From contig NC_092379.1 of the NCBI RefSeq assembly GCF_030028105.1, positions 25,909,821 to 25,973,820 of the forward strand: 64,000 bases of DNA, in the 5' to 3' direction. The notes under the pieces were generated by a model. The model saw only the letters and a program-made list of their open reading frames with translations. It was not told where the DNA came from and did not search any database. Position numbers and translations under genes: made by a program. Below, piece by piece: positions 14,273-24,639 of this stretch (within the stretch, counting starts at the first letter, position 1; each line of letters opens with the position of its first letter). The DNA is from Mobula birostris. Its lineage: Eukaryota.

Positions 14273-14287
14273 CAGACAGACAGACAG
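14201..14287. repeat. (GA)n purine-rich microsatellite
   Basis: Direct reading of the sequence. Confidence 0.95.
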
Positions 14288-15249
14288 AATTTGCAGTGAT
14301 AAATAAAACAAATAAAACAACCCCCGGGTTGACAAACAGTGAGTAACCTTTAATAATAATAAAAAGTAAGCAGAACGTGACAGCTGGTTCATGATATTTG
14401 TGATGCACTGAGAGATCCTTTAATTTTTGTGTGTGTGGATTTTACAACAGAACTTTTCAAAAACACATGCTGCTAACGGAAATATTACTTACATTAAAAA
14501 AAAATGACAGATAAAGTGCCTGCATCGATGAAAACCGCAGAAAGAGACGCGACGACTTGCGGTCAAGAATGAATTTGAGCGTGGAAGAATTGTAACGTCC
14601 TAACAGACACGTGTCTGCCAAATGAAAATGTGTTTCCTTTTTGATTGGGGCACAAAAACATCAGAACAATTGAATTTTAAAGGTAAACCTTGCAAAAAAT
14701 GTAATATGGTAGAACATGTCGGGCAGACAAAACTTCATTGACTGCATGTGGAAAACAATGAGATGAAAAGTCAGGCTTGAGTTTCCAGAAGAGCACCAAT
14801 ACGCCTGCTTTGATAAAATAATCTGATAAAGATGAGAGTGTCAACGGAATGCATATACTTGAGATTCACAGCCTGTAGATTAACAAGAAACAAACAAAAA
14901 GGCTTAAAACAGAGTTCAACGGAAATTTAATTGAAATCAGGTTGGACACTGTGTTGGCTGCTGCAACCAGTCTATTAAATGAAACCTGCAGATATTTAAC
15001 AAACCACCTGGGTCTTGTATGTTGTTTAAAAAAAAACAACAACAACAAACAAATAATAAAAATCAGAAGACCAGCATTGTGGCGTCGGTATTGAGACAAC
15101 TACAACCCGATTGGAGATAAGTTCATCATTTGCGTACCATATCCCCTGCAATGGTTTCAACTGACAGCGAAATAAGAAATATGTGTGAATAATAGCCCAA
15201 CAGTATTCAAAATAGCATTGGAAATCTCAAGCATATCAAGCGTAAAATA

Positions 15250-16550
15250 ACATCAGTTGAAAACTTCACACACAAGATCCACAAAGCAAATTCTTCCTTG
15301 CATCATCCCTAATAATGTAAGATCTCATGGCGGCGAGGGAACTCCTTTTAAGTTTCAATCGAGCACATGAAGCATGAAATGAGTCATCAGGTAGTCGGGA
15401 ACGACGATGGATCTGCCAGGATCTATGGTAAATTTAATGTCGTCACCAATCCAGTACTGATCGTAAATCAACCTCTTTGCCCAGAATATAAGATATCCCT
15501 GCAAACATTTCTCCAGTGAAACACTTCATCAAACTGGAATTAGCTGAAACCTGACTACAGTCGGAATTCGAAGAACAACCCAAAAGTAATCCACAGAAGA
15601 AACTCTCACAACGGTCTTAGTTGCTATAATAGACTTCTGTTTGGAGCGGTATCCAAAAAAAGCACTCCAGCAAAAGCTGTCGACCAAGTGCTGCAAAGGC
15701 ACTGTTTTGTATGTGGATGATATTATTGCAAAAGATGAAGATGAATAGGAACGTCTCCAAAATCTCAAGACACGGTTAAAATGATTAGAAGACAACGCTC
15801 ACCAAGTGTGAAAACCTGAAGTCAATCGTCTCTGCCTGTGATCATAACATCAACGCATTCAGATTAAACTCGTATGTTGACAAAAGGTAAAGCATTGGCG
15901 AATGTCACAAGAACAAATCAAGTAGCACAGTGCTTGTACTTTTTAAATCTTTTATCAATTGTTACAGCATGTTCCTTTTAATGTTGCTCCACGCATTCAA
16001 ATGATTGCTACAACACTGGAAATAATGGACAATGCAGGATGTTGCAGCTTACCAAAAGACATGGAAAAGGACACTGAACTCACGCAGTGATGAACAACGT
16101 CCATCAGCCGGTCCCGTCCCCTCAAGTGGGATACGAGGGCTATCTGGGCTCCGTAGTTAGAATACAGAGATGGATGGGCCTGAACGGTAAGAGGCACTTG
16201 GATAGGAGTTTGCAGCATCGGATTGCGGATCCGCCCAAGCCTGAACTCTGAGGTTGGAGGTTGCCTGGCGTGGAATTGCTGTTTCGAGACGCACATTTGT
16301 TTGGCATTTGCGAGCAGATGGTCAATGCTTTCCTCCTAATTTGCAATCCTCTGTTCCTGAAGACCATATTCTCTTGGGCCAATCACTGTTTCACCCACCG
16401 TATAAGAAATATAGAGCATGCTTCATCGAAAACCAGAGCAGAGGATACTATGTATCCGTAAACGATATTGTACAGATAATCTCTAAACTAACAACCCACC
16501 TGGCGCCATAAATCGAGAAGGAAGAGGTACTTAACACGATAAGGCATCAA
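15250..16550 (+). mobile_element. Highly degenerate Ty3/Gypsy pol fragment
   Basis: Broken motifs DGSARI, HFIKLELAE, KAVDQVLQ, YVDDII (RT) and an integrase zinc-finger-like stretch near 16260-16330. Confidence 0.7.
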
Positions 16551-16559
16551 GGTAAATAG

Positions 16560-17614
16560 GAATAGGGTTCCCCTGGTCCTCACCTACCACCCCACCAGCC
16601 TCCGGGTCCAACATATTATTCTCCGTATCTTCCGCCACCTCCAATGGGATCCCACCACTAAGCACATCTTTCCCTCCCCCCCTCTCTCTGTATTCCGCAG
16701 GGATCGCTCCCTACGCAACTCCCTGGTCCATTCGTCCCCCCCATCCCTCCCTACTGCTCTCCCTCCTGGCACTTATCCGTGTAAGCGGAACAAGTGCTAC
16801 ACATGCCCTTACACTTCCTCCCTTACCACCATTCAGGGCCCCAAATAGTCCTTCCAGGTGAGGCAACACTTCACCTGTGAGTCGACTGGGGTGATATACT
16901 GCGTCCGGTGCTCCCGATGTGACCTTTTATACATTGGCGAGACCCGACGCAGACTGGGAGAGTGCTTTGCTGAACATCTACCCTCTGTCCGCCAGAGAAA
17001 GCAGGATCTCCCACTGGCCACACATTTTAATTCCACATCCCATTCCAATTCTGACATGTCTATCCACGGCCGCCTCTACTGTAACGATGAAGCCACACTC
17101 AGGTTGGAGGAACAACACCTTATATTCCGTCTGGGTAGCCTCCAACCTGATGGCATGAACATCGACTTCTCTAACTTCCGCTAATACCCCACCTACCCCT
17201 CGTACCCCATCTGTTACTTATTTTTATACACACATTCTTTCTCTCACTCTCCTTTTTATCCCTCTGTCCCTCTGAATATACCCCTTGCCCATCCTCTGGG
17301 CACCCCCCCCCCCCGTCTTTCTTCCTGGACCTCCTGTCCCATGATCTTCTCGTATCCCTTTTGCCTATCACCTGTCCAGCTCTTGGCTCCATCCCTCCCC
17401 CTCCTGTCTCCTCCTATCATTTTGGATCTCCCCCTCCCCCTCCAACTTTCAAATACCTTACTCACTCTTCCTTCAATTAGTCCTGACGAAGGGTCTCGGC
17501 CTGAAACGTCGACTGCACCTCTTCCCAGAGATGCTACCTGGCCTGCTGCGTTCACCAGCAACTTTTGCGTGTGTTGCTTGAATTTCCAGCATCTGCAGAA
17601 TTCCTGTTGTTGAT
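16560..17614 (+). mobile_element. 5'-truncated Penelope-like element with intact GIY-YIG ORF and 10-bp TSD
   Basis: ORF 16858..17184 MRQHFTCESTGVIYCVRCSRCDLLYIGETRRRLGECFAEH...LEEQHLIFRLG. AGGTAAATAG is duplicated at 16550-16559 and 17615-17624. Confidence 0.9.
17479..17514 (+). ncRNA. Minimal type I hammerhead ribozyme motif in the Penelope-like 3' region
   Basis: AGTC-CTGACGA-AGGgtctcggCCT-GAAACGT-C-GACT. Stem I is AGTC/GACT, core CUGANGA and GAAA are intact, stem II is AGG/CCT, and a palindromic ACGU replaces stem III before a GUC cleavage triplet. Self-cleavage is untested. Confidence 0.7.
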
Positions 17615-17789
17615 AGGTAAATAGAAACCTGGAGAAAATGGTTAAGGTCCCTGCTTCGATGGGTGAATAAAAAACTGTGAATGAAACCTGTGTTTACATG
17701 CACTGTACGTGCTAATTGGCAAATGAGTGGCATGAGATTATTCTTCTCTCCATGGAGACTGGAATGTCCATGCATGCGCTAGCCTGACA

Positions 17790-18830
17790 AGAAAGACTGG
17801 AGGATCTTTCTTCAGAACGAAGGTCGATTTAAATTCCACATAAGGACTTTGAGGAGAGGACCCAGAGCGCATCACCCTTACTCAACTAAACCCTCTTAAG
17901 ATATTTCGATTACCGTTCGTCGTAAAGATACATGGACTCTAGGCTCTGAAATAGTTCCACGCCAATCTGAACAGCATACATCCAAATATTCAGTTTACGA
18001 TGGAGATGGAGAAGTATGATTGCCTCCCGTTCATGGACATTATAATACGACTGAAACCGGGCCGTAGCCTAGGCATGGCGTCTATCGGATGCCAGCTCAG
18101 TTATGCCTCAACATAGCAGTCACTGTCATGCCTCGCAAAGTAGAGCGATGCTTTTAACAGGACAGTCTCCACCAGGAAATACTGCAGTCAAACACAATGT
18201 TCCTACAGAAAGGTTACCATGTGAAGGGTAGACGAAAAAAGAAAAAAAATCAGTACACCTATAAACGAGTAAGAAATCCGCGCTACGGTCTGTTTTCCCA
18301 ATTTCACAATGGCATGGGCAAAGATTGTCAGTATCCTGAAAAATCCCACTCACAGAGACGAATGGAGGCTCACGTTCCAGCTTATTTGGGTCAAAAATGG
18401 CCCAGGTCCCAATGCGGCACGCCTTTTTTTTTCTGGATTCCCTGTGCATACAGTGCAGTGAAAATCGCCCAGATGGGGCGTGCGATCGATTCCCTATAAG
18501 AGGATATATGAGCTGTATTCGGTTGCATTCGTCGGAGAAGATCGGCGGTAGCAGAACATGACCTATGCAATGATCACAGGATTTAATTCGACGGCACAAA
18601 GCTGCTGCACTGTTGCAATTGCGTTTCGAACCGTCTGATAAAGGAAGCATTGAACTTAGACAAGCGAATAAGGAGTTCAACATGGCTGATGATCTCTCTT
18701 TAGAAGATAGTAATGGAACGCAATTTTAACCAAGGGAGGACAGCTTTAACCTGTCTGGTTGAGGACTAACCAATCAGGAGGGACGGCACGTGCCACAGGA
18801 CTAAACATGCCTAGCATCATCGCTGATAAA
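17790..18830 (+). mobile_element. Second, distinct Penelope-like element (degenerate RT C-terminus and GIY-YIG)
   Basis: LNSIHPNIQFTMEMEKYDCLPFMDI at about 17970-18045; a GIY-YIG-like WIPCAYSAVKIAQMGR at about 18430-18480. Confidence 0.75.
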
Positions 18831-19399
18831 AGATGGTGTTGTTTTTCTTTTTTTTAGATTAGATTATGACGACATTCTGTCCTCGTTTTTTTTTGATATT
18901 TAGAAATGAATGCATGCAATAAGAATTGATACATGTTCCTCCAGAGTGATATCACAAAAAAAAAAACAGGACAAATCAAAGACTAGCACTGACAAGACCA
19001 TATACTTATAACATATAGTTACAGCAGTGCAAGCCGATGCTATACTTTGATAAAGAACAGACCAAGGGAAAGGTAAAAAGTCTCTAAGTTACGATCGACT
19101 CCCGATAGTCCACGATAGCAGGCGGCAGAAGGGAGATATGTCCTCCAGGCAACGACAACTGTCGATGCATTAGAAGCACCCGGCCCCAGCCGACTCTGAG
19201 TCCGTGTGAAAACTTCGAGCCTCCGACCATCCCTGCGACACCGAGCACCGAGCACCATCTCTGTCGAGCGCTTTGACCCCGTCCCGGCCGCCAAGCAACA
19301 AGCAACACCACAGATTCGGGGCCTTCCCTTCCGGAGGATCAGGATCACACAGTAACATCGAACGTTCATTAAAATTCACACCTGAACTCAATTGGTAAC

Positions 19400-19705
19400 T
19401 GAGGAGTGTTTATTCGACATCAAGTGTCGCACAGTCTCTCATTTGGACCTTCTACTTCTGCGGACAGTTTAAAGAAAAATTCCTGAGCACATTTGACAAA
19501 CTCTATAACATCTAATCCTTTCAACACATTGGAGTCCTGGTCAATATGTGGGAAGTTAAAGTCACCGACTACAACAAATTCAGGTTTCTTGCAAAAGGTG
19601 TGATCTCTTGACATTTTTTTTCCTTTGAATCCCAGGCAATTGGGTTGTCTGTAACAGAGTCCCATTAATGTGGTCATAAATTTATTAATTCTCAGTCTAG
19701 CCATA
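19400..19705 (-). mobile_element. CR1 endonuclease fragment
   Basis: VVVGDFNFPHID...GLDVIEFVKCAQE in ORF 19420..19704. Confidence 0.7.
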
Positions 19706-20279
19706 ACGTCTCAGCAGAGAAGTTATTCAGTCTGCTCTGTGAGCATTCCAGCGACGTTTCCCTGCTAGTGCCAGCGCTTCCACTTTAATCTCTCTCGTTG
19801 TATCGCGCCTAAAGCATTGGAACTGCAGAACACTGATCTGCTTCTCCTGCCATTTCTGCAACTAAGTCTCACTAATGGCTAGAATATTATAATTCCTGAT
19901 GTCTACCCATGCCCTGAGTTCAGATGACTTTCTTGCAATACCGCTAGCATAGAAATATACGCACCTCGGAAAATTCGTTACAACGTCTTAATTGTTTTGA
20001 TTGCTGACTTTGTCTAAGTCCTTTATAACACCTGCCGTTCTACTGACTGGTCTGGCACGCTACCGTGCAGAACTGACAAATATCCCGAATAGGATATTAG
20101 TCCCTTTCCAGCTTAGATTCAAACCGTCTGTTCCTTACAAGAAGAAAAAAAAAAAAAAACAAAATGATCTAAATATCTGACGCCATTTCTCATAGACCAA
20201 CTCGGTAGCCACATATTACACTGCATCATTCTTCGACTACTAGACTCACCGGTACATGTGACGAGAAACGATACTGAGA

Positions 20280-20700
20280 TCACATCTCTGGATATCCTGA
20301 ACGTCAGCTTAGCACCTAATTCATTTAAATATCTGCAGAACTTGGTGAGTCTTTCCAGCATTTTCATTGGTACCTACATGGGCAACGACCTGTGGCTCTT
20401 CAAACACCCGTCTAATATTCAGAAAACTCGATCTCGTTTTCCCAGACATTGGCACTCGAGAATCAGCATGCCATCCATCAATGTCGCTGACATCCACAGC
20501 CCTATCAACAAAACTAGCTAATTCTCTCCACATCCCTTCCTCCTCGCTGAACCAGCTTCTGTGCCAGAGAGCTGAACGTTGCAACTTTTCTCCGCTACTT
20601 CATACCCCCAAAGTATTCAAAGCAGTATATCTGCTTGCGAGGAAGATGCCCACAGCGCACATTGTACTGGCTGTCATAATCAGTTTTCGTTTTGGACACG
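20280..20700 (-). mobile_element. CR1 ORF1 esterase fragment
   Basis: EEPQVVAHVGTNE in ORF 20321..20584 matches the ORF1 motif of the CR1 at 10.9-11.6 kb. Confidence 0.65.
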
Positions 20701-20785
20701 CAATTTCCTGTGTACTGTAACTTGAGGACAGCTACTTCTCTTTGTGCCCAATCTGTCACCCTTTCAGGTGGCGGGGGGGGGATAG

Positions 20786-20876
20786 GCAAATAAATAAATA
20801 AACAAACAAAAAAACAAACAAATAAATAAATACACAAATAAATAAATAAATAGATAAAGAAATGAATAATAATAAA
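20786..20876. repeat. (AAAT/AAAC)n microsatellite
   Basis: Direct reading of the sequence. Confidence 0.9.
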
Positions 20877-22279
20877 AAAGACAGCGTTCTTCCGATTCCA
20901 GTTCCAGCTTTTTAAAACTTACTGTTAGAAGCTGTAATTGGATGCATTTCACCCATGAGAAATAGTGAGAAGTAAATATGCCAGTCCTCCCACATCCCGC
21001 AGGGAGTGCTCTCGAAAATTAAGATCCTGGTGAATATCCTCAACCAGAAGAGTCAATTGCTGACTCTTTCCATGCAGGTTGTATGGCCTGCTGAGTTACT
21101 ACTGCGTTTTGTTTGTATTGCGTTCAAATATTAGGCCAGGCACACTTCCAGTTATTCTGAACAAATATATAGAAGGAAAATCAATACATAAACTCTGGGA
21201 AAAAATATTTCCCTATACCCTTTCTCGTACTGAAGCCTATGCTTGTTGAAGCATTGAAGAGCCAATGCCTCAGGTTCGCTCTCTTACACTGATGACGCGA
21301 CCGAGGGCAGCTGCGCTCATCCCTACTTTATTGTAATTGCTTCTTAAAATCAATCCCCATCACTGATTGACCGTTTTTCATAAACCGAAATGATGGCTTA
21401 TGCATTCATTCGGGGAGCTCTGTGAGCTTTGTAATTCTGGTTAAAACACCAAACTGCCGCCATTTTGTGTCATGTGTACTCAACAGGCAAACTTAAGGGA
21501 GCTGCACCTTATCAGGTTTGGCATCGCCGAGTGGCCACAGTTTAAATGCAAATTTTATGACTTTTTATTTCCAACATTTCGCGTGTGCGACTTCACCATT
21601 CCGAAACCCATTTTTTCCCTTTTATAAGATTTTATTTCAGTATAGCAGGTGGCACAATACCCAACAATATATATATATATATATATATACACATAATCTG
21701 CTGCAGTGGTAGTACAAGGAAAATAATTTTTTGCGGAATAATTTCTGTAAGATCTCACCAGGTCCCAATAAGGGAATCATAGTCCAATCCAAACACAATT
21801 AAAAAAAAAACAACAACAACTGCACGAGCATTTGTATTCCCAATCGACTGTGGCACTTCTGCATTTCCACTTCGACAACTTTGTCCAGCCTCACAAGAGT
21901 TAATAAGTTTTATGTAGTATTACTTTCGTTTTGCAGAGCACTGCTTCAAATGCTATATGATCTGTTCTGAATTTGCCACTGTCTTGTGCATAAGTTGTGT
22001 TTTTTCTGTGTTTCCTTGCGGCCTCTTTAAATCCAGGAAATCTGGGTTGAACTGGAAACATGGGACAGTACACATTGAGCCTGTGGAATACGTTGCGGCA
22101 CAGACCAATACAAGCACCTCATGATTAACCTAATGCTTGACATACCCTGGTGATGCCTCTGTACTCAACTTTTCCTTTTTCCATATGTGAACGGTTCTGG
22201 TGGTGTTGTGTATCGCTAACATTTGCTGCGGCGTGCAGATGAGAATTTTTGAAGAATATTAATATTATTTTCCAAGAAT

Positions 22280-22422
22280 GCTACTAATACTACTACAACG
22301 ACTACTACTAGCACCTCTATTACTACTGTTACCTCTACTACTAATAACAATAATAATAATAATAATAATAGGTATTATTATTATTATTATTATTATGATT
22401 ATTATTACAAAATAATAATAAA
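22280..22422. repeat. Compound trinucleotide repeat (ACT)n-(AAT)n-GGT-(ATT)n with inverted symmetry
   Basis: An AAT run is followed after a 3-nt spacer by an ATT run. Confidence 0.9.
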
Positions 22423-22553
22423 TATAACACATGACACCTCACTAAAAGTTTCCTCCACCCAACTTACTGTCAGCCATCTTTCTCGGGCGTTGACTTTTGC
22501 CACAATGGGTATCAGCTTTATTTTTATGCTAATGACACTTTTCCATTCTCCAG

Positions 22554-22637
22554 CCCCAACTCCACCAGCAGCCCCCAGTAACAGCTCCCTGGACACCAAC
22601 GATACGATTCATATATACTGTGAAAAGAGCGGGACAG
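22554..22637 (+). other. Candidate 84-nt phase 1-1 exon encoding a Pro-rich, glycosylated, Cys-containing hinge-like peptide
   Basis: Branch-like CTAATGAC plus pyrimidine tract plus CAG acceptor (22553); donor G|GTACGG (22638). Translation (A)PTPPAAPSNSSLDTNDTIHIYCEKSGT. No partner exons were confirmed. Confidence 0.35.
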
Positions 22638-23196
22638 GTACGGTTGCTTGTGATAGACCTTTTGTCAAACACACACAGATTGAACCTGTTTGGCGACAGT
22701 TTTATTCTCATTCCACCTTCTGGGAAAAGAATTCGTGACTGAATGGTGCATCCAAAAGGACCAAAATGCCATCACACTCCTCTTAGTCTGAGGGAAGGCT
22801 TATTAACTCATCCCGCGTACCTGCCATCATGATTAGGGAAGAGACTGTGTTCCGTCACGAATGGTCTAAGAAGTAAGACTTTCTGTGCCGGCTTAGAGCA
22901 CACGTGTCAACATCGAGAAATACAAAATAAACACCTACTATTTTCGAAATATCGTCCACTTCATGGCGAAGGCGACAGATGCATCCGCTTATAGGACATT
23001 TTCCTTACAGATATTGAACGTTAGGCGGCCATAGGGGGGATTTCATCACCCGGTAGAAAAAGAATTAAAACCACCTGTTGTCCCTCAGAAGTCTGTCCTT
23101 TAGAGTTCACTGTCCAACTCTGAAGTAAATTCAACCATAAATTTGAAGGTTGTGAGCTCCATTTCCTCGTTACTTAAGAAATCTTCCCCGCTGACG

Positions 23197-23248
23197 ATGG
23201 GCCTCTTTATGTTTTTCACTCTAGGGCTCTGCATATTAGTTTCTTTAC
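23197..23248 (+). pseudogene. Leader (signal peptide) exon of the NAR-TCR-type V
   Basis: ATG at 23197 gives MGLFMFFTLGLCILVSL, then a phase-1 donor C|GTGATT and an about 80-nt intron with a poly-T tract before the V. Confidence 0.8.
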
Positions 23249-23328
23249 GTGATTCGCCTCTGACCCAATCTCAATTCCACCCCGCCGTCCCACTTTTTTT
23301 TTTTTAATTCCTGTGTTATTTGAGTTAG

Positions 23329-23588
23329 ATAGTGACTCAGAGTCCATCGACTGCAAACTTGAAGCAGTGTCATTCCGTTACTATCGCCTGCAATTTCCAA
23401 CCACCATCTTCTGGTGAGTACAACTTTGTGAATGGAAAATTCTTCAAACAGACCTGGTCAGCGGCCGAAGGGAAGGAGAACACCACCGAGGGGTGAATTG
23501 TTACTAGGATTAAGAAAATTGACACGCAGTTTTCGGTGAAAATTCGGGATCTCGGAGTGGAAGACAGCGGCATTTATTACTGGTGAAG
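23329..23588 (+). pseudogene. NAR-TCR V: IgNAR-like V segment (NAR-TCR V), pseudogene
   Basis: IVTQSPSTANLKQCHSVTIACNFQPPSSGEYNFVNGKFFKQTWSAAEGKENTTEG*IVTRIKKIDTQFSVKIRDLGVEDSGIYYW*. The 48 residues from FFKQ to YYW align without gaps to a recalled IgNAR V pattern (WYRK...GGRYVETVN...FSLRI.DL.VEDSGTY.C), i.e. CDR2 is absent. Lesions: TGA at 23494, an extra G in the Cys codon (TAC TG[G]T GAA), and a disrupted acceptor/frame at the start. Confidence 0.88.
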
Positions 23589-23626
23589 CACAATGGTGGT
23601 CGTCAGCTTCCCGTTGTACAAAAAAA
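23589..23626 (+). other. V recombination signal sequence, 22-bp spacer
   Basis: CACAATG (23589-23595), 22-nt spacer, ACAAAAAAA (23618-23626). Confidence 0.88.
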
Positions 23627-23954
23627 AAAAAAAAAAAACTTTTGCCGTAGATTATTCCTGAAGCAGAGAGAGCAGAATGGATCTGCTGGTAAAGTAGACA
23701 GCCACGCCTCGCTCCATCCGTCCTACAGTCTAGATTATAGTCAGTTTCTTGTGGTTTACTTACAGTCTATATATTCCCACCCGGATTCTGCTGCGTTCCC
23801 AGAGGTTTGTGTCAATGAATGTCCACAGGGAATTAACAAAAAAAACACATTCCCGTCGCGAAATACATATGGATTCGATTCTCGGCACTTTGTTCCAGAA
23901 AAGACCATCGTTGGGAATGTGCTTCACTGTCGCCTCATTCATCGCTTCCAAGCG

Positions 23955-24027
23955 GGGCTTTGAAGTTGCCCTGAGGCACTGTGTATACTTTGGGACACAC
24001 TCAGTGGAAGGGATCTGAACAAAAATA
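23955..24027 (+). other. D segment TATACTTTGGGACACA (23984-23999) with 5' and 3' 12-type RSSs
   Basis: 5' RSS: degenerate nonamer GGGCTTTGA/GGCTTTGAA, 12-13 nt, perfect CACTGTG (23977-23983). 3' RSS: CTCAGTG (24000-24006), 12 nt, ACAAAAATA (24019-24027). All three D frames are open (YTLGH, ILWDT, YFGT). Confidence 0.75.
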
Positions 24028-24358
24028 ATAATATTCAAATAAATAACTTAGTTAACTATGTATTCTCGATGTCCTAAACAAAATTTACGAACTTGGCGAT
24101 GGTCGCTCAGTTATCTGATTAGATAAGTTTTATTTTCTATATTTCAGATATATTTTAACGGACACCGTTGCTGATTTGTTTCCGTTCTGAGTCGGTCTGT
24201 GCCGCGTGTACAGGCTTCAATTTAATGAGGCCCTGCTTTTTCAGATCATATCGACCCGTCCGTAAATTAGGAACACTGCATGCTATCTGTTGAATTAGCG
24301 TTAGAGGAAACATTGGGAATCCTATTCTGACGTTTGTTATGCAGATTCACGTGACTGT

Positions 24359-24455
24359 AGATGTTGTATTCGGGAGATTGAAAACAGGGTCAGTGCGTAT
24401 ATGTGGAAGAATGATAAACTTGTTGGAGCAGGGACGAAGGTCACGGTGAGTCCCG
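24359..24455 (+). pseudogene. J segment with degenerate 23-RSS and mutated splice donor
   Basis: Coding 24398-24455 gives YMWKNDKLVGAGTKVTVSP (x-G-A-G-T-x-V-T-V). RSS: AGATGTTGT (24359-24367), 23 nt, CAGTGCG (24391-24397). The phase-1 donor reads G|ATATGT instead of G|GTATGT. Confidence 0.78.
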
Positions 24456-24639
24456 ATATGTATCCACAAACATCGCCGTTTATTCCAATTTCTCCCCATA
24501 TAGAATTTCATGTAATAAATGATCGAATAATCAAAAAATCTTTATTTTTTAAAAGTCCAATATAAAATCTCGTTTCTGCAAATTGTGTCAGAGGCGTCGG
24601 TAGCACAAGGTGTCTTAGACAATATTCAATAGACAATAG

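Noticed and set aside
21937-22125. Acceptor followed by ATVLC...LNWKHG, reminiscent of an Ig C1 or transmembrane exon
   Set aside because: Cys-Trp spacing and the second half do not fit a C1 domain, and stops intervene.
22787-22876. INSS...IMIR..TVF peptide with N-to-R spacing like the TCR delta transmembrane exon
   Set aside because: Not hydrophobic enough and out of phase with the candidate hinge exon (phase-1 splicing gives an immediate stop).
23802-23844. Possible second D (GAGGTTTGT...CACAGGG...ACAAAAAAA)
   Set aside because: Spacers (13 and 5 nt) and heptamer orientation are incompatible with a D segment.
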